Of a stretch of DNA of 64,000 bases, positions 56,800 to 64,000 are shown in pieces. This DNA is from an uncultured Chloroflexia bacterium. GTDB taxonomy: Bacteria > Chloroflexota > Limnocylindria > Limnocylindrales > CSP1-4. Each line of letters begins with the position of its first letter. Positions within the stretch are counted from its first letter, which is position 1. The stretch is from assembly GCA_963788235.1 (NCBI GenBank), contig CAWBFV010000007.1:1682-65681 (forward strand), read 5' to 3'. The notes under the pieces are model-generated. The model was not told the DNA's origin and made no database searches. It saw only the letters and a list, made by a program, of their open reading frames with translations. The translations under genes and the position numbers were made by a program.

Positions 56800-58131
56800 C
56801 TAGTTTAGACGCTCCCCCGCGAGGGTCGCGAGCGTGTCGGCCAGCTCCGTGACGAGGGCCTCGTCCGGACCCTCCACCATCACGCGGAGCGCGGGCTCCG
56901 TGCCGGAGGGCCGAACGAGGACGCGTCCCGCACCGCCCAGCCGTGCGATCGCTTCCGCGATCGCGCGCCGGAGGGTGGGATCGCCCTCCCATTGATCCTT
57001 GTGACGAGCCTTCACCGCCCGCTGTTGCTGTGGCAGGAGCGGGATCGCCGCGGCGAGTGTGGCGAGCGACGCGTTGCGTTTGGTCATCACCCGGAGGACC
57101 TCGAGCGCGGTGACGATCCCGTCGCCCGACGTGGTGTGCTCCAGCACGATGACGTGGCCGGACTTCTCGCCACCCAGCATGGCCCCGGCCACCTGCATGC
57201 CCTCGAGGATGTACTTGTCGCCGACCGGGGTCCGCACGACCTCGCCGCCGGCCTCCTCGACCGCCGCCTGGAGCCCGCCGTTCGAGAGCACCGACACGAC
57301 GAGGCCGCCGGGTAGCGCGTCCCGCGTGAGCCGCTCCAGCGCGAGGATGCCGAGGACCTGGTCGCCGTCGACGATCCGCCCATCGCCATCGACCGCGATC
57401 AGTCGGTCGGCGTCGCCATCGAGCGCGAACCCGACATCGGCGCCGCGCTCCGCGACGGCCCGTGCCAGCGACGCGGGGGCCGTGGCCCCGGCATCGACGT
57501 TGATGTTCACGCCGTCCGGCTCGACGTGGATCGCATCGACGCGGGCGCCGGTCGATTCGAGGATCTCGCGACCGGCAGCGCCGCCGGAGCCGTTCGCGCC
57601 ATCGAGCACGATGTGCAGCCCACTGGCATCGATCGACGCGGCCAGCTCGCGTCGATGCGTCATGTACGACGCGAGCTCCGACGTCGCGTCGACGCGCCGA
57701 CCGAGCGACGCGTTCCCGACGCCGCCAAGCTCGCCCTCGCGCCAGATCAGGGCCTCGAGCTCGTCTTCGATCGCGTCGTCGAGCTTGAGCCCATCGGCAT
57801 CGAGCACCTTGAGGCCGTTGTCGTCCGCCGGGTTGTGCGAGGCGGAGACCATGATCCCCGCCCGGTACGGGCCGGTCCGGGCAAGGAACGCGAGCGCCGG
57901 GGTCGGGACGACGCCGACGACGTGGACGTCGACGCCGAGGCTGGTCGCGCCCGCGACGATCGCCGACACGAACATGTCACCCGAGCGCCGGGTGTCCTGC
58001 CCGACGACGATCGCGCCGCCGGGCTCGGCAAGACGCCGCGCGGTCGCCCGGCCGAGGCCGAACGCCACTGTTGGTTTCAGGTCGACATTCGCGACACCGC
58101 GGATCCCGTCGGTGCCGAAGAGGCGTCCCAT
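56800..58131 (-). CDS. glmM: Phosphoglucosamine mutase
   Basis: FGTDGIRG, the active-site SASHNPADDNG and GGEKSGH. Confidence 0.97.
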   Translation of the reverse strand: MGRLFGTDGIRGVANVDLKPTVAFGLGRATARRLAEPGGAIVVGQDTRRSGDMFVSAIVAGATSLGVDVHVVGVVPTPALAFLARTGPYRAGIMVSASHNPADDNGLKVLDADGLKLDDAIEDELEALIWREGELGGVGNASLGRRVDATSELASYMTHRRELAASIDASGLHIVLDGANGSGGAAGREILESTGARVDAIHVEPDGVNINVDAGATAPASLARAVAERGADVGFALDGDADRLIAVDGDGRIVDGDQVLGILALERLTRDALPGGLVVSVLSNGGLQAAVEEAGGEVVRTPVGDKYILEGMQVAGAMLGGEKSGHVIVLEHTTSGDGIVTALEVLRVMTKRNASLATLAAAIPLLPQQQRAVKARHKDQWEGDPTLRRAIAEAIARLGGAGRVLVRPSGTEPALRVMVEGPDEALVTELADTLATLAGERLN

Positions 58132-58138
58132 GGCGCCG

Positions 58139-59362
58139 TCAGCCGCCCGAGGGTGGGCTGCTGGCGATCGCGCTGACCGTCACCGACACCGTGGCCGGAT
58201 TGGCGGCCACGAGCGTGAGCCCGGCCGGCAGGTCGGCGGTGGCCGTGACATCGGCCTTGCCGGGCCCGAGCGCGCTGACGTCGAGATCGACGGCGAGCGT
58301 CGAGCCGATCAGGCGGTCGAGGTCGGCCACGCTGCCACCGACGGTGATCAGCACGCGATCAAGGTCGGTCGCGTAGGTCAGCCCCGGCTGGCCACCGACG
58401 ATCCGGACGCCGACCTCGAAGCTGCGCGACGAGGTGACGGTACGGACGACGATCGTGACCCGGACGCTCTGGGCATCCAGCGCCACGACGCCGGTCGGGA
58501 GCACCAGCGGCGCATCGAACGTCTGCGACGACGAGTAGCCGCTCACCGAGATGGGTGCGGTATCGATGGCGAGCAGCTTCTGGAGCTCGTCGACGTCGCC
58601 CTCGACGGTCACGAACGTCGGCACGACGCTGGCCGCCGCAAGCTCGAACCCGGCGGCTGGCGTGCCGGTGATCTGCGGACTGACGGGGAGCGTCTTCGAC
58701 AGGCGATCCGAGAAGACCGGGATCGTCACGCGTGCCGTCGCCGGTGAGATGCGGACCTGGGCCACGGCGTTGCCGAGGGCGTCGATGGCCACGAGCTCGA
58801 CGTCCTGGTCGACGTCGATCCCGGTCGGCTGGATCGTCACGGCGGCCCGGGCCGACACCACGCGCTCGAGGACCGACGCGGGACCGATGACCTCGACCGC
58901 CTGCGGGTTCATCGACGTCGTCCCGAGCTCCAGGTTCGTCGGGACGTCGCCGCGCTCGACCACGACGGGGATCGACTTGGTGCTGACCTTGTCGAGGTCG
59001 ATGGTCACGATCTTGGGTTGATAGTCCACGACCGTCACCCGCGGGTCGACCGACCGCAGCTGGACCGGGACGCTCTGGGCGCCACTCCCCGGCTCGACGT
59101 CGGACAGGTCGATCCATGCCTCGAAGTCCGAGGCGATCGGCTGGATCCCGGACGGCGAGTAGTAGCGGATCTCGGTCACGGGCCTGACCGTGGTGAGCAT
59201 GAACCCGTTGGTGGGCTGGTTCCGCACGTCGACCGGCACGATCGACGGGAGCGTGACCGTGCTCTGCGAGAGCACGAGGCCGCCATAGAGCAAGGTCGCC
59301 AGGCCGACCGCCGCGAGCTTGAGAGGCCAGTTATGGACGAGGACGCGAAGGACTCGGGTCAC
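58139..59362 (-). CDS. cdaR: YbbR-domain protein (CdaR-type regulator of diadenylate cyclase)
   Basis: An N-terminal TM followed by repeated YbbR-like beta domains. The 4-nt overlap with cdaA and the position between cdaA and glmM support the call. Confidence 0.85.
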   Translation of the reverse strand: MTRVLRVLVHNWPLKLAAVGLATLLYGGLVLSQSTVTLPSIVPVDVRNQPTNGFMLTTVRPVTEIRYYSPSGIQPIASDFEAWIDLSDVEPGSGAQSVPVQLRSVDPRVTVVDYQPKIVTIDLDKVSTKSIPVVVERGDVPTNLELGTTSMNPQAVEVIGPASVLERVVSARAAVTIQPTGIDVDQDVELVAIDALGNAVAQVRISPATARVTIPVFSDRLSKTLPVSPQITGTPAAGFELAAASVVPTFVTVEGDVDELQKLLAIDTAPISVSGYSSSQTFDAPLVLPTGVVALDAQSVRVTIVVRTVTSSRSFEVGVRIVGGQPGLTYATDLDRVLITVGGSVADLDRLIGSTLAVDLDVSALGPGKADVTATADLPAGLTLVAANPATVSVTVSAIASSPPSGG

Positions 59363-60222
59363 CGCGGAGCCCGTACGGGCGATGGCGGAGACGCGGGTTC
59401 ACGCGGCGAACGCCAACCACCGAGGGCGCGGCGACGACGACCCTGGCTCGGATCGAGCAACATGCGGATCGTCCTGGCGAGCTGCGACTCGTTGAGGTTG
59501 CGCACGATGCGCGAGCGCTCGACGAGGCTGATCTGCCCGTTCTCCTCCGACACGACGATGACGATCGCGTCGGTCTGTTCGGCGATGCCGAGGGCGGCCC
59601 GGTGGCGCGTCCCGTAGCGCTCGGTCTGGACCGACGTCTCCGCGAGCGGGAGCAGCACGCCGGCGGCGATGATCGTGTCCCCGCGGATCACCACCGCGCC
59701 GTCGTGCAGCGGGGTCCGTGGGGCGAAGATCGTGCGGATGAGGTCGGCGGAGACATCCGCGTGGACCATGACCCCGGTCTCGGCGGTGTCCTCGAGACCG
59801 GTCTCGCGCTCCAGCACGATCAGGGCCCCGTGTCCCTCGGCGGACAGCTCTGCTGCGGCGTGGGCGACTTCCGACGCCACGTGGTCGACGACCCGGGAGT
59901 CGGCGCCGGACAGCATCCAGCCGAACGACCCGACGCGTCCGATGCGCTCCAGCGCCCGGCGGATCTCCGGCTGGAAGATCACGACCAGCGCGAAGAGGCC
60001 GACGACGGCACCACCCTGGAGGATCCGCGTGAGCAGCTCCAGGCCGGCGGCGACCGCCAGCACGTAGACGACGATCAGCACGCTGACCCCGATGACGAGG
60101 CGCACCGCGCGCGTCCCGCGGATCAGGCTGAACAGCCAGTAGATCAGGAGGGCGGTGATGCCGATATCGACGAGCGTCGTCAAGCGGACCTGCTGGACGA
60201 ACGATCCGAGGAGCTCCGACAT
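59359..60222 (-). CDS. cdaA: Diadenylate cyclase CdaA
   Basis: Three N-terminal TMs plus a DAC domain with HDGAVVI, GTRHRAALG and VVSEENG. Confidence 0.93.
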   Translation of the reverse strand: MSELLGSFVQQVRLTTLVDIGITALLIYWLFSLIRGTRAVRLVIGVSVLIVVYVLAVAAGLELLTRILQGGAVVGLFALVVIFQPEIRRALERIGRVGSFGWMLSGADSRVVDHVASEVAHAAAELSAEGHGALIVLERETGLEDTAETGVMVHADVSADLIRTIFAPRTPLHDGAVVIRGDTIIAAGVLLPLAETSVQTERYGTRHRAALGIAEQTDAIVIVVSEENGQISLVERSRIVRNLNESQLARTIRMLLDPSQGRRRRALGGWRSPREPASPPSPVRAPR

Positions 60223-60279
60223 CTTCGGTGGAGTGTAGCATCGCGCCCCCTTCCGACCGGCTTGGCGGCCGTTCCGGAG

Positions 60280-61177
60280 TCAGGCGCAGATGGCCTCGAG
60301 ACGCGGGTCGTCGGGCACCCGCTGGGCAAGCTCGCAGACACGCTCACGGGTCGATCCGTCCTCGCCGAGGTCGTCGAGTCGGGCCAACAGCACGAGCTTG
60401 TCGGCGGCCACCGAGCGCCAGCCGCGATCGAGATAGAGCTCGGCGAGCGACAGGTGCAGGCCCGGGTCCGAGGGGTTCGTCGCCAGGGCGATGTAGCAGG
60501 CATCGATCGCCGCGTGGAACTGGCCGGCAGCCCGATGGCCGCGGGCTGCAGCCAGTGCCGCCGTCCGGGCCTCGTCGGCGTCGCCGCGGGCCGCCGCATC
60601 CTCGACAGCGGCCATCGCCGCCGCCCCGTCGAATGGCGGCGGGGGCGGCTCAGGCGGCGGTGCCTCCTCGCCGATCGGGCCCGCGGAGCAGCGCCTCGGC
60701 TCGGTCGACCACGGCGGTCGATGCCGCCGCAGCCGCGGGGTCGCCGACGAGCCGGTCGACCATCGAGCGCAGCGTCGAGCGCCGGTCGCGCGATTCGGCG
60801 AGGTCGAGCGCCCGTCGCGCGGCATCGACACCGTCGCCGGCGCGTCCCGCGCCTTCGAGCATCGCCGCCAGTCGATCGAGCGTCTCGGCGGCGCGGATGC
60901 GATCGCCGAGCGCCAGCAGCGCCTCGGCCCGACCGCGGAGCGCGGTCTCGTCGGTCGGCGCCCGCTCGAGTGCCTTCTCGAAGGCCTGCGCCGCCTCGTG
61001 CGGCTTGCCGATCCGGTCGAGCACGGACCCGATCCCGACCAGCGGCATCGCCCGGTCGGGCGCCAGCCGGGCCGCCTCGCCATACGCCTCGAGCGCCTCG
61101 TCGTAGTGCGAGCGCTGGGCAGCCACGTGCCCACGCCGCAAGGCGTCCTTGTACCGCTCGTAAAGGGCGTCGCTCAC
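60280..61177 (-). CDS. TPR-repeat protein; apparent 1-nt frameshift at the GGGCCC near 60675-60680
   Basis: The N-terminal TPR-like helices lie in ORF 60650..61177. The C-terminal part (...FHAAIDACYIALATNPSDPGLHLSLAELYLDRG...) lies in ORF 60280..61134. Confidence 0.65.
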
Positions 61178-62139
61178 GCGTCCGCTCCGAGGAGCTCGAC
61201 CAGCAACGCCTTCTGCACGTGCAGCCGGTTCTCGGACTGCTCGAAGATCAGGCTCTGCGGGCCATCCATGACCGACGACGCGATCTCCTCGCCGCGGTGG
61301 GCGGGCAGGCAGTGCATCGCCACGGCTTCGGGACCGGCGGCCGCCATCAACGCGTCGTCGACGCGGTAGGCGGCGAATGCGTCGCGGCGTTCCTCGGCCT
61401 CGGCCTCCTGGCCCATCGATGTCCAGGCGTCCGTGTAGACGACGTCGGCGCCGCGCACGAGATCGGTCGGCTCGTCGCCGAACACCAGCCGGCCGCCGGT
61501 CGCCGCCGCGCGCTCCTCGGCGAGGGCCACGATCCGGGGGTTCGGGCCGTAGCCCGACGGGTGGGCGAGGCGGACCTCCATCCCGAACGCCGAGCCGAGC
61601 AGGGCGAGCGAGTGGTACACGTTGTTGCCATCCCCGACGAACGTCACGATCGTGCCCTCGAGCGCGCCGACGCGCTCCCGGATCGTGAATACATCAGCGA
61701 GCGCCTGGCACGGGTGCTCGCGTAGCGTCAGCCCGTTGATCACCGGGATCGAGGCCTGTGCGGCCAGCTCGGCGACGACCTCGTGCGGCCCGGTCCGGGC
61801 GACGATCGCATCGACGAACCGCTCGAGGTTGTGGGCGACGTCGCGGACCGCCTCGCGGGCACCCATCACGGCGTCCTCGGGCAGGTAGATCGCGGACCCG
61901 CCGAGCTGCGTCATCCCGGCCTCGAACGTCACGCGCGTCCGGAGGCTCGGCTTCTGGAAGAGCATCGCCAGCGTTCGGCGGATCAACGGCGGATGGGCGT
62001 GTCGCCGGGTGGCGCGGAACTCGCGCTTGAGGGCCGCCGCGGTCTCGAAGACGCGCTCGACCTCGGCCCGCGAGAAGTCCGCGGCGCTCAGCAGGTCCCG
62101 GCCGCGGAGGGAGATCGGTGGATCGTCGACGGCGGTCAC
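61174..62139 (-). CDS. argF: Ornithine carbamoyltransferase
   Basis: KPSLRTR, HPCQALAD, DAWTSMGQE and HCLPAHRGEE. Confidence 0.9.
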   Translation of the reverse strand: MTAVDDPPISLRGRDLLSAADFSRAEVERVFETAAALKREFRATRRHAHPPLIRRTLAMLFQKPSLRTRVTFEAGMTQLGGSAIYLPEDAVMGAREAVRDVAHNLERFVDAIVARTGPHEVVAELAAQASIPVINGLTLREHPCQALADVFTIRERVGALEGTIVTFVGDGNNVYHSLALLGSAFGMEVRLAHPSGYGPNPRIVALAEERAAATGGRLVFGDEPTDLVRGADVVYTDAWTSMGQEAEAEERRDAFAAYRVDDALMAAAGPEAVAMHCLPAHRGEEIASSVMDGPQSLIFEQSENRLHVQKALLVELLGADA

Positions 62140-62361
62140 CGCGTCACTCTAACGGCGCCATTCCGAGCGATGCCATCACCCGCGAGTCCCATTCGCCGAT
62201 CAGCGCCCTACGTCATCGCGTCGATCGAGCGCGGTCCTGTTGAAGCGGCGCATATGGCGAGCCTGCGCCAAGGCGGCCGGGAGCACGCGAGCGAGCGCAC
62301 TTTGAGGTGCGTGAGCGAGCGCGCGCAGCGGCCAACGCCGGCGAAGGCCGCCAGATCGCCG

Positions 62362-62760
62362 CTACCGCTTCGTGTACTGGGGCGCCTTGCGGGCGCGCTT
62401 GAGCCCGTACTTCTTGCGCTCCTTCATGCGCGGGTCGCGCGTCAGCAGGCCGGCCTGCCTGAGGGGCAGGCGGTTTGCGGACTCATCGACCTCGAGCAGC
62501 GCTCGGGCGATGCCGTGGCGGATCGCGCCGGCCTGGCCGGTGACGCCGCCACCCTCGACCTTGATCATCGCGTTGAAGCGGCCTTCGGTGTTGGTCACGC
62601 GGAACGGCAGGCGGACGTCCGCCTCGTTCACCGCGTTGCCGAAGTGCTCGTCGAGCGATCGCCCGTTGACGACGATCTCACCCTCGCCCGGCAGCAGTCG
62701 GACGCGGGCGATCGCCGTCTTGCGGCGGCCGGTCCCGGAGAAGAAGGCAGGGATGGACAT
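62362..62760 (-). CDS. rpsI: 30S ribosomal protein S9
   Basis: [10 protein letters not shown] ... [14 protein letters not shown]. Confidence 0.97.
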   Translation of the reverse strand: MSIPAFFSGTGRRKTAIARVRLLPGEGEIVVNGRSLDEHFGNAVNEADVRLPFRVTNTEGRFNAMIKVEGGGVTGQAGAIRHGIARALLEVDESANRLPLRQAGLLTRDPRMKERKKYGLKRARKAPQYTKR

Positions 62761-62777
62761 CGGTTGCAGGCTCCTCG

Positions 62778-63209
62778 TCAGGCGAGCGGCTCAGGCTGCT
62801 GTGCCTGATGCGGATGGTCGGCGCCGGCGTAGATCTTCAGCTTGCGCAGCTGCTGGGCACCGAGTCGGTTGTGCGGCAGCATCCCCTTGACGGCCCGGCG
62901 GATGACCTGCTCGGGCCGACGCTCGAGGAGGTGGCCGAGGGTCTCCTCCTTGAGGCCCTGGGGATAGCCGCTGTGGCGGACGTAGACCTTGCTCTCAAGC
63001 TTGTTGCTGGTGACCGCGATCCGGCCGGCATTGAGGACGATCACGTGGTCGCCCGAGTCCAGGTTGGGCTGGTAGGTCGGCTTGTGCTTGCCGACGAGGA
63101 CACGAGCGATACGCGAGGCGAGACGACCCAGGGTCTCGTCCGTCGCGTCCACGACGTACCAGCGCCGCTCGATCTCGCTCTCTCTGACCGAATAGGTCTT
63201 CGCGTTCAT
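62778..63209 (-). CDS. rplM: 50S ribosomal protein L13
   Basis: ATG 63209 follows [23 protein letters not shown]...GKHKPTY...GDHVIVLNA. Confidence 0.97.
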   Translation of the reverse strand: MNAKTYSVRESEIERRWYVVDATDETLGRLASRIARVLVGKHKPTYQPNLDSGDHVIVLNAGRIAVTSNKLESKVYVRHSGYPQGLKEETLGHLLERRPEQVIRRAVKGMLPHNRLGAQQLRKLKIYAGADHPHQAQQPEPLA

Positions 63210-63979
63210 CGTTCCTCGTGTTCTCCGTCCTGCTTGCCTGGCCGCCGCCCGATGGCGACGTGCCGGAGGCACAGGCCCTTCGCCGGGGCCGCGGCGCCCT
63301 TGCGGGCCGATCCGGGTTCGGCGAGTGCCGAGCGGACCTGATCCTTGTTCGCGTTGCCCAGACCGACCTCCAGGAGGAGGCCGACCATCCGCCGGACCTG
63401 CCCCCGCAGGAACGAGTCGGCGCGGACGTCGATCGTCACGTACCGACCCGACCGTCGGACCCGGACCGCGGTCACGGTCCGGACCGTCGACCGGTCCGAT
63501 GCCCCGAAGGCCCGAAAGTCGTGCCGGCCGATGAAGGCCGACGCGGCTCGCGCCATCGCGGCGGCGTCGAGTGGGTCCCGCACCCCGAACGCCGTGCGCT
63601 CGCGAAGCGGGCTGTGCGGCCCGTTCCAGACGGTGTAGCGGTAGTCCCGGTACCGCGCCGCGTAGCGAGGGTTGAACGCCTCGGGGACCTCGCGCAGGTC
63701 GCGGACCGCGAGATCCCTTGGCAGGATCGCGGCCAGTGCCGACTCGAGTGCCGTCGCCGTGAGTCGCCCGCCGTACGAGAAGGCGATCACCTGCCCCGCG
63801 GCGTGGACACCGGCGTCCGTGCGTCCGGCCCCGTCGACCCGCCGCCGCTCCCCGTCACCGAGGCGCGCCAGCGCATCTTCCAGGACCCCCTGAACGGTCC
63901 GCTTCCCGGGGTTCGCCTGGAACCCCGCGAAGTCCGTTCCGTCGTATTCGACCGTCGCGCGGTAGCGCGTCGGTGACAC
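63206..63979 (-). CDS. truA: tRNA pseudouridine(38-40) synthase
   Basis: VEYDGTDFAGFQ and the catalytic GAGRTDAGVHA. ATGA overlap with rplM. GTG start at 63979. Confidence 0.93.
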   Translation of the reverse strand: MSPTRYRATVEYDGTDFAGFQANPGKRTVQGVLEDALARLGDGERRRVDGAGRTDAGVHAAGQVIAFSYGGRLTATALESALAAILPRDLAVRDLREVPEAFNPRYAARYRDYRYTVWNGPHSPLRERTAFGVRDPLDAAAMARAASAFIGRHDFRAFGASDRSTVRTVTAVRVRRSGRYVTIDVRADSFLRGQVRRMVGLLLEVGLGNANKDQVRSALAEPGSARKGAAAPAKGLCLRHVAIGRRPGKQDGEHEER

Positions 63980-64000
63980 CCTCTCGAGCGTGCTTGGCTT

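Noticed and set aside
59602-61725. 707-aa plus-strand ORF
   Set aside because: It is antisense to cdaA, the TPR gene and argF, all of which have strong family motifs.

Overview
All calls were made by eye, without tools. Family names come from recalled motifs and start codons were checked by hand, so coordinates may be off by a few nt. The window is a very GC-rich chromosomal segment with many GTG/TTG starts and 4-nt start/stop overlaps. It is mostly housekeeping. The order truA-rplM-rpsI ... glmM-glmS-acpS-nnr-alr-tsaE-tsaB-rimI-tsaD resembles the order I recall for Mycobacterium and Streptomyces, so an actinobacterial-type genome is likely.

**Layout**
- **40.4-64 kb:** one 23.5-kb co-directional minus-strand run: truA, rplM, rpsI, argF, a TPR protein, cdaA-cdaR-glmM-glmS, acpS, nnr, alr, a macro-domain protein, three uncharacterised genes, tsaEB-rimI-tsaD, rsmA, ispE, ridA, glmU and a CNNM/hemolysin-family gene.
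- **0-40 kb:** a mixed set.
  - Regulators: a CarH/LitR-type B12 MerR regulator, an OmpR/HK pair, a LAL-type LuxR regulator and an ECF sigma with a beta-propeller anti-sigma-like partner.
  - Enzymes: M14 peptidase, NDH-2, ppdK, ogt, glyQS, M19 dipeptidase and a polyprenyl synthase.
  - Other: two CPBP proteases, a Hint-domain lipoprotein, a DUF2330-cupredoxin pair, DUF3500 and recO.
- I found no tRNA, rRNA, CRISPR array, transposase or integrase.

**Observations most worth follow-up**
1. An uncharacterised, translationally coupled gene set sits between alr/macro and tsaE. It includes a divergent GlmL/MutL-like ASKHA protein and a 332-aa partner.
2. Three tandem 68-bp structured repeats start inside the last codons of ppdK.
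3. A roughly 100-nt promoter/leader-like element occurs twice.
4. Several intergenic regions carry repeated palindromes or inverted repeats.
5. Reading-frame breaks are frequent, several at GGG/CCC runs and some in essential genes such as tsaE and alr. This looks more like assembly indels than real pseudogenes, except possibly the heavily broken cluster at 4.6-7.7 kb.
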